The notes under the pieces were generated by a model. The model saw only the letters and a program-made list of their open reading frames with translations, did not search any database and was not told the origin of the DNA. From positions 168,987,581-169,007,180 of the forward strand of contig JANKJI020000004.1 in assembly GCA_024626585.2 (NCBI GenBank): a stretch of DNA of 19,600 bases, read 5' to 3'. A program made the position numbers and the translations under genes. This document shows, one piece after another, positions 10,621-19,600 of the stretch. Origin of the DNA: Ginkgo biloba. Its lineage: Eukaryota > Plantae > Ginkgophyta. Position 1 is the stretch's first letter, and each line of letters starts with the position of its first letter.

Positions 10621-12623
10621 GGTAGACACGGACATACCACTCGGATGCCTTGTACAAGCCTAATCCACATTATAAGTAAATGGTACAAAGAAATGGCTAA
10701 GAATTAAAATAGATTTGCTTCAGCTATCCTGTGGTGAAACTGACAGAATTATGTTTTAATGTCCCTGATAAGGGAGATCATCTTTTAATATAGTGTTCTT
10801 TCTGTGCTGATATACTTAATCTAAGTTATATTTACTGTTTCTGGTTCTTATGATCTGACATTTATCATTTGTCTCGTAAGACTTTGTATCACTGTGGTTA
10901 GATAGATCTTCTGTGCCAGCATTCATAACCATACCCTAATCTTGAAGGTGGCTTATGCACACCTTAAATGACAACTAGAGTGGCAATGTGTATGCTGTGA
11001 TTGGAAATTCATTAGCTGTGCATGAACTGCCCTGGCCACATTATAAAAGATTCTGAGCTATGCCATAGCTGATTTTGCCCTTTAATTCCTGTTGAAATAA
11101 AATTTTATCCCTANNNNNNNNNNNNNNNNNNNNNNNNNNNNNNNNNNNNNNNNNNNNNNNNNNNNNNNNNNNNNNNNNNNNNNNNNNNNNNNNNNNNNNN
11201 NNNNNNNNNNNNNNNNNNNNNNNNNNNNNNNNNNNNNNNNNNNNNNNNNNNNNNNNNNNNNNNNNNNNNNNNNNNNNNNNNNNNNNNNNNNNNNNNNNNN
11301 NNNNNNNNNNNNNNNNNNNNNNNNNNNNNNNNNNNNNNNNNNNNNNNNNNNNNNNNNNNNNNNNNNNNNNNNNGAGCTCATTCTTGGCTCTCTAGGTTGC
11401 CATTTTGCCCTGTTAACAAGCACTGTGAATTCATTATTATATTAAAAAAGGATTAGTTTTTGCTCTGAAGCCTGTCCCTCTTGTTCTTCTCTACACAAGT
11501 GCCTACATGGAGGTTGATTCTTTATCATGGACAATGAGGCAAAAACTTATCATGTGGTTTTCATATTCTTCTCTGGAAGAAGAGAGAGCAAATGGACAAC
11601 TTTCTGAACAAGGGATCAGGAGTCTTTAAGTTGTAATTTGCTAAACAATAAAGTTGATACATGGTTGAAACAGGTTTGTACTCAAGAGATCTCACAAAAT
11701 TGGAACGCAATTAGTTTACTAGGAGAGACGTGCCTAGACACTCAACTAAATTTTAACACCTTAAAGGGAAAAATGTACATAGATTTAATGTACTCTTTCT
11801 ATCCACCAATGTGATATTAACGATACCAACTGCCGGCCAAGAATGCAACCTTTGTTTTTGGTTGACAAACAACATATTGGAGTAGAATAGGGCTTATTCT
11901 AAGCTTGCCTTAAGCCTTGCCCTTGTAGGGCCTTTTATGCTACATCCTAGCCAATCTCTCACTTCCATGTGTTTTGGCTTGTTCCTTGGCACCCAGACCA
12001 GCTCTAGAAACTCAGGGTGACTAGTCTAGTTGGAGTTATGATGTTATCAATGGTCACTGTAGAATGAAGACAATTCCTTTTTAGGGCATTGGGTGTTTTA
12101 TTTAAGATTAGCAATTGATTTTTATGCAAAGGAACAGATGATGCTTTTCTTTTCAAACCTACAAAAGCTTTATATTCAATTTTGTCATATTCGAGTGTTG
12201 CTATCCTTTCTTTCATTGCTTTTCTTCTNNNNNNNNNNNNNNNNNNNNNNNNNNNNNNNNNNNNNNNNNNNNNNNNNNNNNNNTATATGTTCTATTCTAG
12301 TGGCATGTTTATTTGTTTATCTAAATATTTGTTGATATAAGAAAAATCTTTATTTTGTGTATCTAAATGATTATTATAATTTGTCTAAATTTGGTTGCAT
12401 GTTTATTTATAATGGTCATTTGTGTGATTCATTTTCTGAGTACTTAGTTTTTTACTTTTTAAACTTGTTAAATTTGAAAGCTGCATTTCACTCTTTTGCT
12501 TTGAGATATTTTGCAAACAATCTTCAGCAGCTGCACATTTTCAATGACATTATATGCCTTTTGTGAACTGTTTTACATTGTTCTAATCTAAATGCTGTTA
12601 TTATGCTTCATTTGTGTTTCAAG

Positions 12624-12918
12624 TGGCTTGGAATGGGAAATAAAGAACTACTCGAGTATTTTAAAGGTTACAAAGCCATGAAGGCAAGGCATGCATATGG
12701 GCCTCATGGACATCGAGGAATGAGTGTGCTTATATTTGAAGATTCAGCAATGGGCTACTTGGAGGCAGAGCGTTTACACAAGCATTTCCTAGAGGAAGGG
12801 AGAGAGAGAGATGCTTGGGATCGACGTCGGGTAATGTTTCACCCAGGTGGAAAACGTGTACTCTATGGCTACATGGCGACAAAAGAGGATATGGAGATTT
12901 TTAATAGACATTCTAAAG
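12624..12918 (+). CDS. SGS3: SGS3 homologue, internal coding exon (C-terminal part of XS domain)
   Basis: Translates WLGMGNKELLEYFKGYKAMKARHAYGPHGHRGMSVLIFEDSAMGYLEAERLHKHFLEEGRERDAW...GGKRVLYGYMATKEDMEIFNRHSK(G), matching the SGS3 XS-domain motifs (WLGMGN.ELL.YF, ARH.YGP.GHRGMSVL.FE, GYLEAERLH). Acceptor tttgtgtttcAAG at 12621-12623; donor G|GTTTGT at 12919 (phase 1). Confidence 0.96.
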
Positions 12919-13309
12919 GTTTGTATTGTCCATATCAAATGTGGATTGCTTGGTGGTGCTGTTCCCACACATTTTTTACATGCATGAAATATGGATGCAA
13001 ATAGAATATAAAATTTTGTTTCTATTTTTTGGTGTGCATCAAATTTATGGATCTACCTTTTTGAAGTTGCATANNNNNNNNNNNNNNNNNNNNNNNNNNN
13101 NNNNNNNNNNNNNNNNNNNNNNNNNNNNNNNNNNNNNNNNNNNNNNNNNNNNNNNNNNNNNNNNNNNNNNNNNNNNNNNNNNNNNNNNNNNNNNNNNNNN
13201 NNNNNNNNNNNNNNNNNNNNNNNNNNNNNNNNNNNNNNNNNNNNNNNNNNNNNNNNNNNNNNNNNNNNNNNNNNNNNNNNNNNNNNNNNNNNNNNNNNNN
13301 NGGCCGCAG

Positions 13310-13554
13310 GCAGAGCGAGACTGAAATATGACATAAGGACATACCAGTCAATGGTTGTAGAACCTATGAGGAAAATGAATGAAGACAATCAAAAGTTGAT
13401 TTGGTTTAAGAATAAAGTGGCCAAAGAACAGCAGCATAGTAAAACACTCGAAGAAACTGTAAGCATAGTAGGAAGAAAGTTGCGCATGAAAGAAGATGAG
13501 ATCAAGATTATTAGACATAGGGCGACAGAGCAGCATGAGGAAAGCAAGAGAGAG
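13310..13554 (+). CDS. SGS3: SGS3 homologue, internal coding exon (start of coiled-coil region)
   Basis: Acceptor CAG at 13307-13309 joins in frame with the previous exon: G|GC gives GRARLKYDIRTYQSMVVEPMRKMNEDNQKLIWFKNKVAKEQQHSKTLEETVSIVGRKLRMKEDEIKIIRHRATEQHEESKRE, collinear with SGS3 (RLK.....YQ.MVV......EDNQ.L..FKNK). Donor GTATGC at 13555 (phase 0). Confidence 0.94.
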
Positions 13555-13783
13555 GTATGCCTATTCCATTTTCTTAAAGTGAAGCATTTGTTTTTTCATA
13601 TTGTTTCTTCTTATAGTGCACCCGAAGCACAATAATTCTTCTAACCTACAGATATTGTAGGTAGGTAGATCATTTCTTAACCAATATGTATAGTTGATTA
13701 AGTCGATTCTTACAGTGTTTAGGTCAAATTCATATTTCACAACTTCTTGGTCTGCTTTATTGGTGATTGAAAACTCTGGGCAG

Positions 13784-13983
13784 ATGGATTATTTGGAGCA
13801 AAGCTATAGACAACAAATAGATCAGCTTTTTGAAGATATTGCAAGAAGAGAGCAAAAGATAGAGAATATACAAGAGGAGTTCAAGAAAGTGCATATAGAT
13901 CGTTGCCATCAGCTTGAAGTTGACAGTGCCAAGTTCTCCAAGGATATGAAAATTGGGAAGGATGAACAGGAACAGCACGCCAA
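13784..13983 (+). CDS. SGS3: SGS3 homologue, internal coding exon (coiled coil)
   Basis: Acceptor CAG at 13781-13783, phase 0. Encodes MDYLEQSYRQQIDQLFEDIARREQKIENIQEEFKKVHIDRCHQLEVDSAKFSKDMKIGKDEQEQHA(K), an E/K/Q-rich helical segment starting with MD as in SGS3 at this position. Probable donor AA|GTATGT at 13984 (phase 2). The terminal exon was not found in the window. Confidence 0.88.
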
Positions 13984-14023
13984 GTATGTTTCCTTGCCCA
14001 TGGAAACTTGCTTTTTCATTTTC

Positions 14024-14740
14024 TGATGTAATGTGTGGACTAATTTAGGGGCCAGGATGCGGAGCCTACCTTTAGCAATGGCTTAGCATCATATCGATAA
14101 GGAATGCATGCGTTAATTATACATAGGCATTGGTAATTCACAAGCACAGAAATAAATGGACACACGTGGGGTACAATCCTATTTATTATTCATGATTACA
14201 TGGTACATTGCATTTAATGCATGAGACAGGACTCTCACACTTGGGCTCACACATTGATTCTTAACTCTCGCATCTCATATACATTTAATTCTCGTATTTA
14301 TAACTATTTGAACTTCATTAATGCTAAATGTCACGTCTTTTCATATGAAGTAGCACATCTCCCAAGGTGCCCTCTTATTTATTGCAACTAAACCCTAATT
14401 AGCTTCTGCCATAATGCCCATTATTGCTTCATTACCTGTTCCATATAGTGCCTCATTAACTGTGTCATAATTCTGCCTCATTAATGCACCGTCCATAGTA
14501 TCAGACTGCGTGTATTGTACAGATGGTTGTGTATTCTGTACGGTCATTCGTATGGGTTGCACGGGCTGACCGTATGGACTTCCCTTGCTTTACTGCCACA
14601 TTGCAATCTGTCANNNNNNNNNNNNNNNNNNNNNNNNTAATCATCTCATATGTCATGATTGCATCATTGTTATATCGTGTTTGGACGTCATAAATGTCAT
14701 CATTATGGCTGATTTGGCCGTATAGTGCCAGTTATGTCGG
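14024..14740. repeat. LTR-like repeat just downstream of the SGS3 exon (unassigned)
   Basis: Starts TGATGTAATG. Non-coding, with a ccctcttatttat antisense TATA-like tract (~14370), a telo-box aaacccta (~14390) and short internal repeats (tgcctcattaa at ~14449 and ~14474). The far terminus and TSD were not found. Confidence 0.35.
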
Positions 14741-15989
14741 AATCTTTGATGGAATCTCCATTAGTATGCTGGAATTTATCCACCAATGACACCCTGTCAT
14801 GTGTCCCAAATATCCTGCTAACATAATGTAGTGACAAGAGCGCAACATAATAGGACTTTTGACCTCTTGAACGGAAATGAAGAATTGCATAATCTTATAC
14901 ATAGATAACATGATTTGCAAACATGGAGGTTGGATGGAGGTTCTTGCATTTCATTGTTCAATTAGTTCAACTAATTGTCAGGGAAAGGTTGGGAACTTCT
15001 ACCCTCATGAGATATCAATTCAAGGAGGGAGTGGGTGAAATAATTTTAAATTTTTCTAGAGGTGATATTGATGGATACCCTAATTTATAGGACTTTAAAA
15101 GAATAATTTTTTTTTTTTTGTTGTAAAATATTTGTATATTTTCTTCTATTCACAAGCTGGGAAGGATTACATCATACAACAAAATAGGGCAGCATAAAGG
15201 CATGACCGCTCCTACATCATCANNNNNNNNNNNNNNNNNNNNNNNNNNNNNNNNNNNNNNNNAATCATTACATGATAATGCCCATCAGAGAGAATCCAGG
15301 AGCATTAAACACCACCACCACCATCACCCCATCCATCATCATCATCTCCCCAGTCGTCATTCTGCAGAGGTCTTCAAGGCGATATGGCAAGCTAGAGAGT
15401 AGGGACTGCTTCCCATCCACCCCCGATTTTCCCGCCCAGAGTGGGGAGGCTGAGGGGAGTTCAATGCATTGGCTAGTCAGGAGTGTACGCTATGGGGCCT
15501 AGAATTCTGGGAGCCCTAGTTCCTGTTGCGGCTGCGGTCCCTGTGATGGGATGGCTCAAGGGGAACTCGATTGGTGGTACACGAAGCTGACCTTCAGTGA
15601 TCAATTAGTGCAATCAAATGTTGCATCTCTAGTTGTACCTTCTCCCCCTGGACTTTGATCTGCACATCACAGTTGGCAATGATACGAGAGATAATAGCAT
15701 TAGAAATACAATTGACTAGTTTAATGCTAAAAACAACCTCATTTATTGTCTTCCANNNNNNNNNNNNNNNNNNNNNNNNNNNNNNNNNNNNNNNNNNNNN
15801 NNNNNNNNNNNNNNNNNNNNNNNNNNNNNNNNNNNNNNNNNNNNNNNNNNNNNNNTATGATTTCTATGTTCTATACTACGATCTATTTGTATTTGTGGCA
15901 TGGATAGTTGTTATATTGTGCATGGATTTCGTGTATTCTACTATATATTTGCATTTCATATCATTTTGAGTGCATTTTTAGTAATGGAA

Positions 15990-17013
15990 TCCGTTTGGTT
16001 TGTTAAAATTAAAGTGTGGATGGATGCTTGTCAATGGGAGAGACAGACATGGATTGCTATGCTTCCCTTCACCTTAGAAGGTCAAGCCTTTAANNNNNNN
16101 NNNGGTACTGTGCTCACATCTGGGATTTGATGGAATGGCTTGAAATGCTGTGCTATAATGAAATTCGCTTCAAAGGGGATGATATGCGAAAATTATCCCT
16201 ATATCAATTGAATGTTATGGAAGCAAAAGCATATTGAGTGTTACAGAGTCGTATGGGAATGACATGGTACCCACATCAAACTTGGTCTCACCACAGTGCT
16301 TACTTCTTCCCTAACAATGATATATGATGGTATGAGCACCAATAGGCAGCTAGGGGGATCATTCTATAGATTTATTTTATGAGAAAACCATTACAAATTC
16401 TTTCTAAGGATCTTTTGATCCTATATTCATAGTTTTCACCAAAAAATACTCTAGTTTTTAACACCATTTTACATAAGCTAAAGACACTAAGTTGCTATAG
16501 TATGGTAGCCAATTAGGATTCTAGATTGGAAGATGGCTACAATTAGAGCTCAAACCCATTTCAGATGATTCAATACCAAATCCAAAATCGTCAAGTTATT
16601 ACTTCACTGAATTCCAAATAATAACTTATGGTGAAAGAGGAATTGATGAAAGGCTTGGTCACACTCTTGCAAAGGATGGATAGTTCGTACTATTTTGAGA
16701 ATTAAAAATGAGAGAGATTAATATAGGCACAAAAGATGATACCAAGAATATCATGATGGGCGATTATTGGGACACCACCATCGTTACTCAAGCAATTGCC
16801 TTGTTCCAAGAATTTCAGTATGTATTTGCCTGGTTCTACAATGTTTTGAAAGGTATTCCACCTGAGTTAGGCTAGCATCACGTGTATTTGGTTGAAGGAG
16901 AAAAACCCAAATGCCATCACCCTTACCAAATGAACCATAGTTGTAAGGAGCAAGTAAAGGAGGAGATTGACAAAATGTTAAAAGTTGGGTATATTTACGA
17001 AGTAGACCACAGT
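15990..17013 (+). mobile_element. Degenerate Tat/Athila-type Ty3/gypsy gag-pol fragment
   Basis: gag-like WIAMLPFTLEGQAF..WY (16049-16110). Pre-RT and RT N-terminus MREINIGTKDDTKNIMMGDYWD...ALFQEFQYVFAWFYNVLKGIPPELG*HHVYLVEGEKPKCHHPYQMNHSCKEQVKEEIDKMLKVGYIYEVDHS (16708-17013), ending at a gap. Confidence 0.85.
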
Positions 17014-17113
17014 NNNNNNNNNNNNNNNNNNNNNNNNNNNNNNNNNNNNNNNNNNNNNNNNNNNNNNNNNNNNNNNNNNNNNNNNNNNNNNNNNNNNNNN
17101 NNNNNNNNNNNNN

Positions 17114-17414
17114 CCAAGGCCTTCTTGGCTCTTGGCTTTTCATTTCTCCCTTTGTCTCTTGGGAGTCCCTAACTCCTCTTTAAAAGCCTCTTCTTCTTTC
17201 CCATTTGCACATATGACTTCTCCCTTTGAAGTTGGTCTTCAACAGGAGGTACTTGGTTCAAACACATGTCGAGGCTTCTTCAACATGTATCTTCTTTCCA
17301 ATACACTCAAGTTTGCATTTCCATTTCTTCTCTTCATGTCGAAACTTGCTTTCTTCCTTCTTTCTTTGTTTTAGCAATTTCATGCTTGTAACACATATGG
17401 TTCAAGTTTCAACA
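17114..17414 (-). repeat. LTR-family copy C, inverted; 5' part of LTR with TG terminus
   Basis: The reverse complement begins TGTTGAAAC at 17414 and ends gggagaaatgaaaagccaagagccaagaaggccttgg, 34/37 identical to window positions 1-37. It also aligns to 8706-8918 (tgcaaa..tgagtgtat..gaaga; gtacct...gttgaagacc). It runs into the N gap. Confidence 0.85.
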
Positions 17415-17453
17415 CTAGATGTAGTCTTGTAATTTTAATTTGCAATCTATTTG

Positions 17454-17476
17454 ATATATATATATATATATATATA
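17454..17476. repeat. (AT)n microsatellite
   Basis: Perfect alternating AT run of 23 bp. Confidence 0.95.
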
Positions 17477-17589
17477 AAACCGCCCCCGAGTACTGACGCA
17501 CCCATGTTTCTTGGGTAAGCGAACTAGGGATGTGCGCTCATCCCTTGCGTCCCCCCATCCCCGCGTACACATGCAACCTTGCTTCTTAC

Positions 17590-18697
17590 CCCTATTTGAG
17601 CAAGGGTTATGCATCCCTTGCTGTTTGGGAGATACAATGCTCCCAACTCCACTTGCAGGATATTTTATCCAAGATGCAACTTTTTGACACCATTGTGAAA
17701 CCTACCGTTTTTATGGTTCTGACGGGCTAAGCCTAGACATACATATTGGGTTCAAAACGAGGGTTTAGAGCATTATGTAGCAGTGTATCATACGTTGTAA
17801 GCATATAGTTCCATATAGCATTGTCGAGGCATAGTTTGATGCACTTCTTGTTCTTCTTGAGACTTGCTTCAGGCTTACAACTTGGCCCTTCTTGGAAGAG
17901 ACAAATATCCATTCGTTGTCCCTTTCCTCTTCTTGAGAGTTAGCAAGTTTGGATCAGATAGCTCATACATGATGATGGTACACGGAGGTCTCATCACTCC
18001 TATAAACTGTGGGTATCTCTATCAACGTTCTCTCTCGTNNNNNNNNNNAGATTCTCCTTGGATGATCCTCGAATTTCCTTCCTCCTAAAATGGAGATTTG
18101 GGAAGCCATCTGTGATGACATATTTTAGAGATGCATCTAGACCACATGGATTTCTCCCACTCAACCCCTTAGCCCTAAGTCAACCTTTTTACCCAAAGCA
18201 TTTTCTTCATATCAATGATGGTGGCATTATCCTCCCTGATTATCTTCATTGATTTGGACACATGGTCTTAGATCCCTCCTAGGTCAACTCTAGGTTTGTT
18301 CACACCAACTCAGGTTGAGACCGAACATCATATTCCTAGGGACTAGTGGATTTGCAAGCTTTGCTCATTGGAGTTTGAGACAGAGGAGCATTGTATCTTT
18401 TGGTGCCTAGTCTATTATGAGTTCAAAGGTAGATACTATTCCCTTTTCAAGAGCTCTGTAGGGTCACTTACCATGCTCCTAAGGTATGGGGTTCATAGAT
18501 GCTTGGCCTTATTCATCAGGGAGTCAATCCTTCATAGGCAACATTTATTGAGGAATAGACTAAGATTGAACATGCTTATTACCTCCTTTCAGCCTGATAT
18601 AGGAGTTACTGGTCAGAAATGTAACTCAACCCAGATAGACACTCACAGGGATCCTTCTAGATTCATCAGATATTGTCCATCATCCCAGAGTATCTAA
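17590..18697 (+). mobile_element. 5'-truncated degenerate LINE, ORF2 C-terminal region
   Basis: Post-RT motifs SKMQLFDTIVKPTVF(YGS) and IIRCKHIVPYSIV, followed by SHQLR... and the C-terminal zinc knuckle ICKLCSLEFETEEHCIFWC (CX2CX8HX4C, from 18350), then YYEFKGRYYSLFK...RCLALFIRE. Confidence 0.85.
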
Positions 18698-19154
18698 CCG
18701 TGGAACCTGCCATCCAACTTTTCACATAGGAGTATGGGATCTACACACTGTGAAGTTCTAGCAAAAGTTGTATCATTCACTTCTTTACTTCTATGACGGG
18801 GACTTTGGCCTTGGATGCTAGGNNNNNNNNNNNNNNNNNNNNNNNNNNNNCCTCGGTGATGCTCAGTTGCATAACATAACTCCATTGACATTGCTGATAG
18901 TTCTATTGATGATATCATCAAACAGGCTTTGAGGGACATTATAGTAGTTGATGGCGATATTTGATCTTGGGGGGGTCTACTACAACTGGATATCATTTAC
19001 TTCATTGTTGTATTTACTCCTTATTTTACAGGGTGGATAACCCAGGCCCATACATGCAACTGATATATCTAATTCATTGTGAAGGTAGCTAGGATATCAA
19101 TTAAAATCCATAGAACATATTAACAAATCCTAAAATACTTTGCGAATAAGCAGA

Positions 19155-19230
19155 TGGACCAAATGTACCATTGAGTGGATTAGGACAAGGTGGACCAAAT
19201 GTAACATTGAGTCGATTAGGACATGGTGGA
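19155..19230 (+). repeat. 36-bp tandem duplication
   Basis: tggaccaaatgtaccattgagtggattaggacaagg / tggaccaaatgtaacattgagtcgattaggacatgg (3 mismatches), plus a partial tgga. Confidence 0.9.
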
Positions 19231-19600
19231 GCCTTACAGTATCTCCCACATTTCAGACAATTGCCCCATCGTTGTTCCACTTAGTTGTAGCTCTCAATAG
19301 AACCCACAAATGCTTTTGTCTTTGAACAAAGTCAAGTGACTGAATATTTGTTGGCCTTTGGTGAAGGCAGCAAGAAACTGGGATGTGGAACTGGATGAAT
19401 GTACAGCCCAAAGTCTGAAGCAAAGTTATTTCATAAGACTATAGCAGGAGCCTTTTCCCAACTGTTAGAATCTTTTGTGTATGTATGGGTGACGCAGGGA
19501 TATGTTATATGGAGCAAACTTCTGCGTTGAAAATTTATTACCCTTGAAACTCCATGATTCACTTGGAGGGAAGGCATGGTTAAACTGCTTCATACCATTC

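Noticed and set aside
12603-13004. 133-aa ORF as a stand-alone gene
   Set aside because: SGS3 homology begins at W (12624) after an AG and ends at a GT donor (12919). The extra N- and C-terminal residues are intron read-through.
13307-13313. Tandem acceptor CAG-G-CAG as NAGNAG alternative splicing
   Set aside because: The two AGs are 4 nt apart, so the second would frameshift. There is no evidence it is used.
15157-19095. Candidate acceptors (cacaag at ~15156, ttacag at ~19031) for the SGS3 terminal exon
   Set aside because: Phase-2 joining gives short peptides ending in early stops, with no E/K-rich coiled-coil similarity to the SGS3 C-terminus.
19155-19230. 36-bp repeat as a CRISPR array
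   Set aside because: Two directly adjacent units with no spacers, in a eukaryotic context with no cas genes.

Overview
Eukaryotic plant genomic DNA from a gapped draft assembly with many N runs. A fern or other large-genome non-angiosperm is an inference from the intron size and TE types. The only host gene visible is three internal coding exons (+ strand, 12624-12918, 13310-13554, 13784-13983) of an SGS3 (SUPPRESSOR OF GENE SILENCING 3) homologue, covering the XS domain and coiled coil. The flanking exons are not visible, so the rest of the window is probably intron (>12.6 kb upstream, >5.6 kb downstream). Most of it is decayed retrotransposon sequence. It includes a near-complete chromodomain-bearing Ty3/gypsy element (gag-PR-RT-RH-INT-CHD-LTR, ~3725-9355) whose integrase is split by a poly(A)-tailed insert with a duplicated 3' end. 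It also includes two Tat/Athila-type gypsy fragments, three copies of one LTR family (two direct, one inverted on the other side of the SGS3 exons), a candidate solo LTR and a LINE ORF2 3' remnant. I see no convincing new multi-gene system. The most interesting points are the TE architecture around a silencing gene and the unidentified poly(A) element.
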